Shown: piece after piece, positions 12,907 through 22,373 of the stretch | How the letters are laid out: each line of letters begins with the position of its first letter | Position numbering within the stretch: the first letter of the stretch is position 1 | Assembly: GCA_963663385.2 (NCBI GenBank) | Contig: CAXXXD010000001.1 | Coordinates: 1 to 64,000, forward strand | Origin: Oceanispirochaeta sp. | GTDB lineage: Bacteria; Spirochaetota; Spirochaetia; DSM-2461 | DNA: 64,000 bases | Direction: 5' to 3' | Notes under the pieces: model-generated | Database searches by the model: none | What the model was told of the DNA's origin: nothing | What the model saw: the letters and a program-made list of their open reading frames with translations, nothing else | Position numbers and translations under genes: made by a program

Positions 12907-13767
12907 ATGAAATTCACAATTGATCAGTCCCTCTGCACACGCTGCGGAATCTGTATAAACGAATGCCCTCCCGGAATCATTGTTCAGGAGAAAAAGACAT
13001 CTGAAGTCAGAATCGGAGATGAGAACTGCCTGGAGTGCAGCCACTGCGGCATGATTTGTCCCTCCGGAGCCGTACTGGCCGACGGGAACCCCCTTCCCCT
13101 GATACCGAAACAGGAGGACCTGGCGGATTATGAAATAACGGACCGGCTGATCCGGAGCAAACGCTCCATACGCCGCTACCGGAGCGCCCCTGTCCTGCAG
13201 GAGGATCTGGAGGAGATTCTGAAAACCGGCTCTCTGACCGCTACGGCATCCAACAGCCGGCAGTGTGACGCCATTGTTCTTCAGGGAGGCGAAGTCGCGG
13301 CTGCCACATCCATGATGGCCGGGGAGCTCCTGAAACTTATAAAAAGACTGACCTCCCCCCTGATGCGGCCTTTTCTGGGGTTGCTGGGAGCCGGTCGCTT
13401 TGCGGACAGAAAAGTCACGGCCCGGTATACAGGAGCCCTGAAAAAAACACTGGAAGGAAGAGCGGATCCCCTGTTCTTTCATGCCCCTGCAGTTGTTATC
13501 CTAACCTATAAAAAGAGCGGGAAACGCTTCGGCCGAACCGACTGCGCCCTGGCGGGAGCCCATATGATGCTGAGCGCCCATGCCAGAAAACTGGGATCCT
13601 GCATGATCGGGTTTGCCGAAATTGCCCTTAGAGGAAAGAAAGCCCGGCGGAAACTGGGCATAAGCGATGACAGACGGGTGGGACTGGTATTCACCCTGGG
13701 GTATACGGATCAGAAATACTTCCGCTACCCCGCAAGGGAGAGCTGGGAACTGCCCTCCTCTCTCTAG
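12907..13767 (+). CDS. Nitroreductase family protein with an N-terminal 2x[4Fe-4S] ferredoxin domain
   Basis: Two CxxCxxCxxxCP motifs, then KRSIRRY and ATASNS nitroreductase motifs. Confidence 0.9.
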   Translation: MKFTIDQSLCTRCGICINECPPGIIVQEKKTSEVRIGDENCLECSHCGMICPSGAVLADGNPLPLIPKQEDLADYEITDRLIRSKRSIRRYRSAPVLQEDLEEILKTGSLTATASNSRQCDAIVLQGGEVAAATSMMAGELLKLIKRLTSPLMRPFLGLLGAGRFADRKVTARYTGALKKTLEGRADPLFFHAPAVVILTYKKSGKRFGRTDCALAGAHMMLSAHARKLGSCMIGFAEIALRGKKARRKLGISDDRRVGLVFTLGYTDQKYFRYPARESWELPSSL

Positions 13768-13805
13768 GCGGATCTTCCGGAAAATCGGATATACCCGGGA
13801 TGATC

Positions 13806-14597
13806 TCAGAAATGTTCCGGATTATTCCGGTTCAGGGCCTCCAGTATAACCTCCAGCATAAATTCGACAAAAGGCCCCGAATGAACTTCGAAATTGGCCC
13901 GGTTAAAAGCATCGTAATACCTGTCCTGAAAATCCCGGATAACCGACTCAATCGCCAGATCCCAGAACAGGGGTTTCCAGCGGTAGAGCATCAGGATCTG
14001 CCACAGCCGTCCCATTCGGCCGTTCCCGTCCGTAAAGGGGTGAACAAACTCCATCTCATAATGGAAGATGCAGCTGCCGATCAGGGGGGAGACCTCCAGG
14101 TTCCGTATAAAAAGGAAGAGTTCCTTCATCAGCCCGGGGACCCTGTCGGCAGGGGGCGCGGCATGGACAATGCCGCCCCCTTTCTGTATCCCCGACGCCT
14201 TCCGCCTGTACCGGCCGGCATCCTCGATCAGCCCCTTCATCAACAGCTCATGAGCCCCGAGAAAATCCACCAGGGAATCCGGATGAAGATAGTCCAGCCT
14301 GTTATAAACCAGCAGGGCATTCCGGATTTCCAGAACAATACCGGGGGGCGCTTCGACGGGTTTTCCATCCAGAACAGACCTGACCTGTTCTTCCGTCAGA
14401 TTATTCCCTTCAATCTGCAGGGACGCCTGAATGGTCTTAACCCGGCTTGTGAATTTCAGGCGCAGCTGTTTCTGATTGAACTGTCTGCCGTAGAGGACCT
14501 TTACCTGCCGGTCAATCTCCCGGTTGAGAGAACGGATACGGGGAGACAGGGGGGGTGCGCTGAAATTCCCTTTCACAGCAACTCCTTTTACTGCCAA
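13806..14597 (-). CDS. Fic family protein
   Basis: Canonical HPFTDGNGRMGR motif; inhibitory motif SLQIEGN. Confidence 0.9.
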   Translation of the reverse strand: MAVKGVAVKGNFSAPPLSPRIRSLNREIDRQVKVLYGRQFNQKQLRLKFTSRVKTIQASLQIEGNNLTEEQVRSVLDGKPVEAPPGIVLEIRNALLVYNRLDYLHPDSLVDFLGAHELLMKGLIEDAGRYRRKASGIQKGGGIVHAAPPADRVPGLMKELFLFIRNLEVSPLIGSCIFHYEMEFVHPFTDGNGRMGRLWQILMLYRWKPLFWDLAIESVIRDFQDRYYDAFNRANFEVHSGPFVEFMLEVILEALNRNNPEHF

Positions 14598-14724
14598 TTA
14601 TAAGACGTGAGTCTGAAGAAATAAAACAATCGGGCAGAATTCCCAAACCGCTGAGGTCGGCCTTATTCCGGAACTCCCGGCAGAAACTGGCTTAAAAACA
14701 GCGTACCTGCTATAGTCGGGAATA

Positions 14725-16089
14725 ATGAAAAAGGATTACAAAGCGCACCTGACGGAAGATTCCGTTTTAAAGCACCTCCTCTCCCTGACCTGGCCCGGTA
14801 TAGGCGGCTCCCTGGCCCTGACCGTCTTTAACCTGACCGATACATTCTTCGTCTCCCGCCTGGGGACGGATGCCCTGGCGGCCATGGGTTTTACCTTTCC
14901 CGTAGTCCTTATAATCAACTCCATTGCCATGGGGATCAGCATGGGAGCGGGCTCTGTCCTGTCCAGGGCCATGGGCAGCGGCGATTACCATCTGATGAAG
15001 AGAACATCCACGGACGGCGTTCTCCTTTCGGTCCTTTTTGTGGGAATCATAAGCCTGGCGGGGCTTCTGACACTGGATCCCCTGTTCCGGATAATGGGGG
15101 CTTCCGGGGAAGTCCTGAAACTGACAAAAGAGTATATGTCCATCTGGTACCTGGGGGCGATCGCCACCATTGTCCCCCCTGTCAGTGACAGCTGCCTCAG
15201 GGCGACTGGCGATATGATGCGCCCCCTTATCGTAATGGTCACAATTGCTGTAATGAACGCAATACTGGATCCGATCCTGATTTTCGGTCTGTTCGGTCTG
15301 CCTGCCATGGGAATGGAAGGCGCGGCCCTTGCCACCATTATCTCTCGTTTCTGCGGGATGATCGCCACCCTCTACTTTCTGCACTACCATGCGGGGCTTG
15401 TGGATCTGTCAGCGGTTCCCTGGAAGGAGATCAGGGAATCCTGGTCCCGTATACTGCATATCGGGCTTCCTTCCGCCCTTACCCAGGTGTTTCCTCACCT
15501 GACCCGGGGGATCATTACCAGACTGGCCGCCGGAGCGGGAGGCGCGGCGGCAGTGGCGGCTCTGGCCGCCGGAACTAGGATCGAAAGCCTCGGGATGATA
15601 ATCATAGGGGCCTACTCCATGGCCCTGGTTCCCATGATGGGGCAGAACTGGGGCGCACGGAAGTGGCAGCGGGTAAGGGAGATCCGCCGGGTGACCTTCC
15701 GGCTCTCCCTTATTTTCGGAGGATTTGTCATTCTGGCTATGTTTACCCTGGCCCGCCCGGCGGCGCTGATCTTTACGAAAGATCCGGAAGTTCTGGTCCG
15801 GACAATCAGTTACCTGAAAATTATGGGAACGGCAGCCTTCGGCCTGAGCCTGTATGTATGGGTCGGGCAGCTGCTGAATTCCGCAGGGATTCCCCGCCCG
15901 GCGGCGCAGATGATTATCAGCGGTTCCCTGCTGATGATCCCTCTGGCCTTTGCAGGGTCTCTGTTTGCCGGGTTTAACGGACTGATTGCGGGCCTGGCGG
16001 CGGGACAGCTTATTACCGCGGGAGCGGCCCTGATGATGGACCGTAAATACCTGGAAAAATCCGGAGAAGAACTCCCGTCAGTCAGCTGA
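14725..16089 (+). CDS. MATE family efflux transporter
   Basis: 454 aa, about 12 TM segments; DTFFVSRLG and NAILDPILIFG...GMEGAALAT motifs. Confidence 0.9.
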   Translation: MKKDYKAHLTEDSVLKHLLSLTWPGIGGSLALTVFNLTDTFFVSRLGTDALAAMGFTFPVVLIINSIAMGISMGAGSVLSRAMGSGDYHLMKRTSTDGVLLSVLFVGIISLAGLLTLDPLFRIMGASGEVLKLTKEYMSIWYLGAIATIVPPVSDSCLRATGDMMRPLIVMVTIAVMNAILDPILIFGLFGLPAMGMEGAALATIISRFCGMIATLYFLHYHAGLVDLSAVPWKEIRESWSRILHIGLPSALTQVFPHLTRGIITRLAAGAGGAAAVAALAAGTRIESLGMIIIGAYSMALVPMMGQNWGARKWQRVREIRRVTFRLSLIFGGFVILAMFTLARPAALIFTKDPEVLVRTISYLKIMGTAAFGLSLYVWVGQLLNSAGIPRPAAQMIISGSLLMIPLAFAGSLFAGFNGLIAGLAAGQLITAGAALMMDRKYLEKSGEELPSVS

Positions 16090-16114
16090 CACCCTTCTAT
16101 CCTGAAAAGAAGGT

Positions 16115-16576
16115 TCAGGTATTAAGAGGATTTCCGCTCTGTTCAAGGCGCCTTTCCAGCCACTCCATCAGTCCGGGCATTATCCCGGGGAAACGGGTAT
16201 TATCCAGAGGAAAGTGATCGACAAAGCGCCGTTCCGCGATTTCAAACTCCTCCGGAAGGGGGCCGAATGCGTCGATCTCGGCCCGGTAGACGGTTCCCCA
16301 GCTGATCCGGTCTCCATGGTCTACACTGTACTGGGCGATTCGCTCCAGGTTCCTGTACCTGGTGGCTCCGGTCTCCTCAAAAAGTTCCCGGCGGGCCGCC
16401 TCGTCCATGGTTTCGCCCTCTTCCCGGTGGCCTCCCGCAAAACACCAGTCCCGGCGGCCTTTCAGCCGGACGATCACCCACTGCCCTTTGTGCCGGGCGG
16501 CTATTACCATGTATTCCAGTAAAGAGTCCTCAGTTGTTCCGTCGGGAACGATGCTGTGCAGATCAAGTTTGTCCAT
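16115..16576 (-). CDS. NUDIX hydrolase
   Basis: Nudix box GGHREEGETMDEAARRELFEETG. Confidence 0.9.
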   Translation of the reverse strand: MDKLDLHSIVPDGTTEDSLLEYMVIAARHKGQWVIVRLKGRRDWCFAGGHREEGETMDEAARRELFEETGATRYRNLERIAQYSVDHGDRISWGTVYRAEIDAFGPLPEEFEIAERRFVDHFPLDNTRFPGIMPGLMEWLERRLEQSGNPLNT

Positions 16577-16617
16577 GGGAGTAGTATACAGGATAATCCT
16601 TCAGTATAAATGCCTGG

Positions 16618-17301
16618 TCAGGAAATCTGCTCTTTCGGCCCCTGCCGCCGTTTTATCCACTCTTCCACAGGGATCTTTCTGCCGACGGCCTTGCCCAGCC
16701 CCAGAGAGTTGGGGTCGAAGGATTCCCTGTCGTCCCGGCTTCCGATTTTTCCGTAAACCTCATCGATGTAGCGGTCGGCTTCCCGGGCGGCGCTGTCATC
16801 CTCTGCAGGGACAATCTCCCCCGGGGCAGAACACCTCTCCGACCCCTCCCGCTCCTCTTTCAGAGCATCCAGTTTCTCCGATACGGCCTGTGCCATCCCC
16901 AGACGGAAGCTCTCCCGGTCCTTTACAACGATTTTATACTCCTCCCCCAGAGAATCCAGTCTGCCGTGCAGCCAGGAGTAGAGTTTTTCCGCCAGGTCGA
17001 TCCGGTCCTCCCGGCCGATCAGGATGAGAGCCTCCCCTTCCGGCCGGGGAGCATAGACCCCCTCCACCGCTGTATAATCCAGAACAGCCCGGAGCAGAAG
17101 ATCCTCCCACTGCCGGACCCGCTCAAACCGGCGGATCTCCCTTTCCCTTACGGGGCCTTCGGGTTTCAGTTCGGCTAGGGAGAGGTTGTGCTTCTTCATC
17201 AGTTTTTCCGCCATCATCCGGGCGGTACGGGCTTCTCCCTTATGGGGAGAGGCGCTTAAAGCCAGGAGTTTGCGGATTCTGATACGTATTGATTCGTTCA
17301 T
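16618..17301 (-). CDS. DUF2786-domain protein
   Basis: N-terminal RIRKLLALSASP..GEA..A...AEKLMKKHNL motif. Confidence 0.75.
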   Translation of the reverse strand: MNESIRIRIRKLLALSASPHKGEARTARMMAEKLMKKHNLSLAELKPEGPVREREIRRFERVRQWEDLLLRAVLDYTAVEGVYAPRPEGEALILIGREDRIDLAEKLYSWLHGRLDSLGEEYKIVVKDRESFRLGMAQAVSEKLDALKEEREGSERCSAPGEIVPAEDDSAAREADRYIDEVYGKIGSRDDRESFDPNSLGLGKAVGRKIPVEEWIKRRQGPKEQIS

Positions 17302-17455
17302 ACCGTTTCCTTGTCATAGGATTTTTGATTCTGAGGAAATACTTCGGGGAATAAGAGCCGGGAACCGGCGGACGGGTTTGTTCTTACAGTATAATCCCGT
17401 TTTCAGGATACGCCAACAGTTGTCAACGACCAATGCCCCGGGATACTATAAAACC

Positions 17456-18100
17456 ATGCCATTCCCTCATGACAGTGATCCGTCCACCGCGGAATATTAC
17501 GACAGCCATGCCGCAGAGACCTACCGCCTCTATACCTCTGCCCCCTCCCCCTACGGAAAGACCTTTTCCAGGGTGTTCGGAAAAGGCGGCCGGGTTCTGG
17601 ATACGGGCAGCGGATCGGGACGGGATGTGAACGCGCTGCTGGAACTGGGGTTTGATGCCTGCGGGATGGACGCCTCGGCCCGGCTGATCGGCCTTTCCGC
17701 ACGGAACAGGGAAAACCGGGACGCAAGGTTTTTGACAGGATCTCTTCCCGGGAATATCCCGGGAGCTTTTAACAGAGACAGCAGCTGGGACGGGATTGTC
17801 TGCTCGGCGGTTCTGCAGCATATTCCCGACAGGGTTCTGCCTGATACGGTCAGGACTTTTCACAGGCTGCTCAGGGATGGAGGAAGGGTGTTTATTACCT
17901 TTCCCCTGGAATATGTTCTTGAAACAGAGGATCGTGACAGCAAGGGACGGCTTTTCCGGATCAGACCGAAGAATGAATACAGCGTCCTTTTTGAGCAGAC
18001 CGGGTTTCAGCTGATTGAGGAGCATGAAAGACCGGACAGTCTGGGTCGTGAGGGAATCCGCTGGACTGAGATGGTTTTTGAAAAACGAGGATGTCCCTGA
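17456..18100 (+). CDS. Class I SAM-dependent methyltransferase
   Basis: VLDTGSGSGRD motif I and CSAVLQHI. Start moved to the ATG at 17456 to avoid overlap with the divergent gene. Confidence 0.85.
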   Translation: MPFPHDSDPSTAEYYDSHAAETYRLYTSAPSPYGKTFSRVFGKGGRVLDTGSGSGRDVNALLELGFDACGMDASARLIGLSARNRENRDARFLTGSLPGNIPGAFNRDSSWDGIVCSAVLQHIPDRVLPDTVRTFHRLLRDGGRVFITFPLEYVLETEDRDSKGRLFRIRPKNEYSVLFEQTGFQLIEEHERPDSLGREGIRWTEMVFEKRGCP

Positions 18101-18102
18101 TC

Positions 18103-18861
18103 TTAACCGGGGACGCAGACGGTCTCAAAGCTCATATGCTTTTTAAGGGCCCTTGTGCCGCCCCCTTCGGATACAATCTTTTCGACGGCCGACGTGTCCA
18201 GCACCCGGGATCCCGCTATATGGGTTATGGGAGACCCTTTGTAAACCTCTGTGTGCATAAAGGAGGACGGACCGAGGATAACCGCGGCCCGTGGACGCCC
18301 CAGATCGGAGAGCAGCTGGTCCTGGGTATCGGTAACGATGGAGGTTCCCGTCAGGATGGCCACGTCGCATTTCCCCAGCAGGGGACGGCCCTCTTCGGGT
18401 GAGATCGTACCGGGTTTGCCGCGGTTAAGCTCTATGATGTCGAACCGGCAGCCGGTCTTGCGGATACGGGGAACCAGAGGGGCGAAAAACCCGACCATGA
18501 CAACATGCTCATGACTCTGTATGTCCATAATATCCAGGATGTCCTCACGACTGCCCTCCCCTGAGGGGATTCCCGCGGCCAGGGCGTTGGCAGCGGCCAG
18601 TCCGATGGTCCGGAATACCGGATTGGAGCTGTGGTCAATCATCCTTAAAAGCTCTCCGGCCGGTCTGCCGGCGAATGTTCCCGCTTCATCGATATGATGG
18701 CATCCGGCGGAGCCGTTCCGTCCGGTCCAGGCGACGCCGCCTTTCCCGTTGCTGAGTCTGACACTGGTGTAAATAAGTCCGATCCGGACATCCGCTATGG
18801 TTATGCCTTCCGCATGGGGAAGCATGGAGTCGATAATTTTACGGGTAATGGTGCTGTTCAT
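18103..18861 (-). CDS. DUF364 / Rossmann-like putative metal-binding protein
   Basis: IGLAAANA, VVMVGFF, CDVAILTGTSIV and ILGPS motifs. Confidence 0.75.
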   Translation of the reverse strand: MNSTITRKIIDSMLPHAEGITIADVRIGLIYTSVRLSNGKGGVAWTGRNGSAGCHHIDEAGTFAGRPAGELLRMIDHSSNPVFRTIGLAAANALAAGIPSGEGSREDILDIMDIQSHEHVVMVGFFAPLVPRIRKTGCRFDIIELNRGKPGTISPEEGRPLLGKCDVAILTGTSIVTDTQDQLLSDLGRPRAAVILGPSSFMHTEVYKGSPITHIAGSRVLDTSAVEKIVSEGGGTRALKKHMSFETVCVPG

Positions 18862-19141
18862 GGTTTGCCCTCTTTCTGGTAAATAATTCTATCATAAAAA
18901 GACCATATCGGTTGTTTACTTTTTCAGAGGTATGACCTGTTTAGAAAAGGAAGCTTTCGGTCCGCCGTCCTTTTCTCGCCTATTCAGCAGCATTGTGCAG
19001 CTTCATCCCCGGCCTACCGGGCAGTCGTCGGGGACTTGGTGGGGGAGACCTTCCAAACTCACTTGAATAATCCTCTGAGAAATGAAAGAATGGCCCTGCC
19101 CCTAACACCGGGGGTGTATATCAGTATTCCGGAGGGAATCA

Positions 19142-20074
19142 ATGCCCTATGGACAGCTAATTTTCTGGTTCATTACCTACACAGTGATTATCGCCGGAAC
19201 GGCGATTTCAGCCCATGCCGCTGCCGGGCAGAAAGACTGCCGCTTCCGCATCATCCTCTTTGCGGAGATCTCGCTTCTATCCATGGTTCTCTCCGTATCC
19301 CTGATTATATTCGTCTACTACCAGAAGGTCCTGGAAGCGGAAAGCCTGTATTATCTGTTTCTTCAGATTGTCTTTTTTATGGGAGTAACGGCATCATCCC
19401 TATCCCTTCTGTTCATTCCCTCGGCTGTTTTTCCCTTTGCCTGTGGTAAAAAAGCAGCCCGCTTCCTTGCCATTCCTATACTCACCTTCTTCATTCTCTA
19501 TGCTATCACAATCACCCTGGGAGGGGGGAATGTTAAAACGTCCCGGCCCTCCCCGATGTCTCTTGTTACCGGCCTTCTTCAGCTTCTTCTTTTCCTCTCT
19601 TTCATGGCTGCGTCTCTTTACTCACTTGTTTCGCTTCTTTTGTCATGGCAAACAAAAAAACGTTACATCAAAGCAATACTGTTTTCGATCGGAATCATCG
19701 TGATTATTGCCGTTTTTTTTATTGATATTATTTACGGCCTCTGGTCCAAACAGCATTATGGAAGAGAACTGAGCATATTCCATGTACTGCCTGTCTACGC
19801 CCTGATCGTATCCATCCTGCTTACATTGTCTGTAATGAAGCTGACAAGAAAGACTTCACGAAAAGGAATTGATCCGGCCATTCTCAAATCCTGCGGGATA
19901 AGTCAAAGGGAAGAGGAAGTCATACGACTGCTGATTGACGGCAAGGGATATAAAGGCATTGCGGAAAAGCTTTGCATTTCCCTTGCTACCGTTCAGACGC
20001 ATATAAGAAATATTTACAGAAAAACCGGTGTAAACAGTAAAGTGGAACTGATAAATCTCCTTCTCGGGAATTGA
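19142..20074 (+). CDS. Membrane-anchored LuxR-family regulator (multi-TM N-terminus, C-terminal HTH)
   Basis: About 7 hydrophobic segments, then ISQREEEVIRLL..G.....IAEKLCISLATVQTHIRNIYRK. Confidence 0.85.
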   Translation: MPYGQLIFWFITYTVIIAGTAISAHAAAGQKDCRFRIILFAEISLLSMVLSVSLIIFVYYQKVLEAESLYYLFLQIVFFMGVTASSLSLLFIPSAVFPFACGKKAARFLAIPILTFFILYAITITLGGGNVKTSRPSPMSLVTGLLQLLLFLSFMAASLYSLVSLLLSWQTKKRYIKAILFSIGIIVIIAVFFIDIIYGLWSKQHYGRELSIFHVLPVYALIVSILLTLSVMKLTRKTSRKGIDPAILKSCGISQREEEVIRLLIDGKGYKGIAEKLCISLATVQTHIRNIYRKTGVNSKVELINLLLGN

Positions 20075-20191
20075 AATAGCCCTGATCACATATTTATATG
20101 AGAACTTTTTCGAACAAATCCCATCAATATAGGATAGTCTGAAATCGGCCCCTGGAGCAGACTTCTGAAATAAACTTCAGGAGGATGTTTT

Positions 20192-21091
20192 ATGACAAAG
20201 GTATTTCTGGGACAGGCTTTATTATGCGGATTTCTGCTGCTTCCGTCTCTTTCGGCAGAATCTATCAGCAAGGAAGATCGCATACCGATAAATAATGTTG
20301 GAAGAATCGTAGTGGACGGGAGAAATCTAGCGGAAGCCCGGCTTGGGGTTAACATCGTTACAACTTCCATGACAATAAAGAGCTGGGAGGGAGAGGACCT
20401 GGCGATTGTCCAGAAGGGACATCGCTCCCTGGGACGCATTACCCCCCTTACTGTGGATCACACCCGGAACGGTGATGAAGCGACTCTGTCTCTTTCGTGG
20501 GACCATCGTTTCGGAATAGGCATACGAATCGGAAGAGTCGACATGACTCTTCTCGTTCCCGAAGCATGGGGCGGCGAATTGGTACTGCAGGATTTTCATC
20601 TGAAAACCCATGTCGAAGGGCTTAGCATCGGAGCTCTGACCGGCAATATGAAACTGGCGGATCTGAAGATTACAGACTCGGAGATTGAAACCGTGGATCT
20701 TTCCATGGGGGTTGATTCTGACTTTGAAGCCGAGAATGTTCGAGCCGAGTCCTGGTTTCTGAGAGGGAAACTGGGAAAGATTACCGCCAGGAATATAAGG
20801 GGAACCATAGACGCGGAAACCATAGATGGCAATATCTCTATTGATTTTCTCGATTTCAGAGGGATGTCCAGGCTCTCCTCGAAGCTGGGAAAGATCGCCG
20901 TATTCCTCCCGGCAGAATCAGAGCTTGAGCTTAACCTTTCCAGTACGCTGGAATCGGTACGAACGGATCTTCCCGTCATCGGTCTCGCTGCGGAAAAAGA
21001 TCCTCATAAAATTGAAGGTTACATCGGCTCTTCGGACCATCATTTGACGGCCCATTCGGGTGACGGCAGGGTGTCAGTATTTTCAAAATGA
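20192..21091 (+). CDS. Exported DUF4097-like beta-strand repeat protein
   Basis: Signal peptide; ETIDGNISI, LSSKLGKI and AHSGDGRVSV repeats. Confidence 0.7.
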   Translation: MTKVFLGQALLCGFLLLPSLSAESISKEDRIPINNVGRIVVDGRNLAEARLGVNIVTTSMTIKSWEGEDLAIVQKGHRSLGRITPLTVDHTRNGDEATLSLSWDHRFGIGIRIGRVDMTLLVPEAWGGELVLQDFHLKTHVEGLSIGALTGNMKLADLKITDSEIETVDLSMGVDSDFEAENVRAESWFLRGKLGKITARNIRGTIDAETIDGNISIDFLDFRGMSRLSSKLGKIAVFLPAESELELNLSSTLESVRTDLPVIGLAAEKDPHKIEGYIGSSDHHLTAHSGDGRVSVFSK

Positions 21092-21102
21092 GGCATAAAC
21101 GA

Positions 21103-22203
21103 ATGAAACATAAACTTACATTAGCGCTCATTATCGCGGGTTTGACTCTTACTGCATCAGCGGAGACGACAGAGTCTACCGTAGAAAAGCCGCTGGAACT
21201 CCAGTTATTCCCGCTTCCGCGATACCGGGAGGTCTTCATCGTTTCCCGTGTCACCCTGGGAGTGATCGCTTCGGAAACCGATAGCGTACGGAACCTGCAG
21301 CTGTCTACGGGATCGTCCTGGGCAAAAAACAGCAGGGGGTTGCAGTTTTCCGGTGTTTTTAACAGAACTGAGACACTGGATGGGGTGCAGATCAGCTGCT
21401 TCAATTTTGCGTCTGAAACAGAAGGAGCTCAGTTCTCCGGAGTTCTTAACAAAGCCGATGCTTTGAAAGGAGTACAGATCAGCTGTTTCAATTTCGCGTC
21501 CGAAACGGAAGGTGTTCAGATTGCCGGGGTAATGAATAGAGCCGAGGCTCTGAAAGGAGGGCAGATCAGCTGTTTTAATCTTGCTTCCGAGACGGAAGGC
21601 GTTCAGATTGCCGGAGTAATGAATAGAGCCGAGGCTCTGAGAGGAGTACAGATCAGCTGTTTCAATTTCGCGTCCGAAACAGAAGGTGTTCAGATTGCCG
21701 GGGTCCTTAACCGGACGAAGAAGCTGACGGGGACGCAGATAGGGGTATTCAATTTTGCGGAGTCGGGAGACGGGAGACAGTTCGGCTTATTCAATTTCCA
21801 CAGGGATTCCTGGATAAACGCAAGGGCTGAGGTGGATTCCCGGAATTCGGCCCTGCTTACATTACAGAAAGGTCTCGGGAGTTATTATACAGCCAGTTCC
21901 ATCGGCTATCATTTCAGGAAAAAGCAGTTTTCCGCTTCCTTAGCTATGGGATACAGGTATGAAGGGGATTTCCTCTTTATGGAAGGTGAAGTCAAATTGA
22001 CTAAGAACCATTTATCCTTTTCAGATGTGGATCTATTACTGGGTCCGGGGCTCCGGACAGGGTTTAAGGTAAAAGATGGAGTATCTCTTTTCTGTGGAGG
22101 AGCTGTTATGGGCTGCCTCAATGATTCATCGGATCGATCCGAAATTTTTCCGGGGCTATACATCCGCCCGGAGATATCACTTGGTATCGGAAGAAGTATC
22201 TGA
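21103..22203 (+). CDS. Exported repeat protein (LA_2272-like GxQI.G..N repeats) with a possible C-terminal beta-barrel
   Basis: Signal peptide and four 29-aa (87-bp) repeats GVQISCFNFASETEGVQIAGVMNRAEALK. The start could be 21088 or 21103. Confidence 0.7.
   Translation: MKHKLTLALIIAGLTLTASAETTESTVEKPLELQLFPLPRYREVFIVSRVTLGVIASETDSVRNLQLSTGSSWAKNSRGLQFSGVFNRTETLDGVQISCFNFASETEGAQFSGVLNKADALKGVQISCFNFASETEGVQIAGVMNRAEALKGGQISCFNLASETEGVQIAGVMNRAEALRGVQISCFNFASETEGVQIAGVLNRTKKLTGTQIGVFNFAESGDGRQFGLFNFHRDSWINARAEVDSRNSALLTLQKGLGSYYTASSIGYHFRKKQFSASLAMGYRYEGDFLFMEGEVKLTKNHLSFSDVDLLLGPGLRTGFKVKDGVSLFCGGAVMGCLNDSSDRSEIFPGLYIRPEISLGIGRSI
21382..21730. repeat. Intragenic 87-bp tandem repeat (about 4 copies)
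   Basis: 'cagatcagctg' recurs every 87 bp. Confidence 0.85.
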
Positions 22204-22373
22204 ATATGGATCTTTGTGCACTATGTATTCAGCCCGTACCATATTTTGATCCATATAAAATATCATCTTTCACGATAAAACCATTTTCTGGATTTTCTCT
22301 CAGCTGTTTCCTATCTTTATTTTTTCCACCAATTTCAAATAAATTCCCATCTATTTCAAAATCACCGTAAGCG

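Noticed and set aside
13800..14603. 267-aa plus-strand ORF
   Set aside because: It is the antisense shadow of the Fic gene.
18862..19141. Possible riboswitch upstream of the DUF364 gene
   Set aside because: GC-rich hairpins are present, but I could not match a riboswitch consensus.
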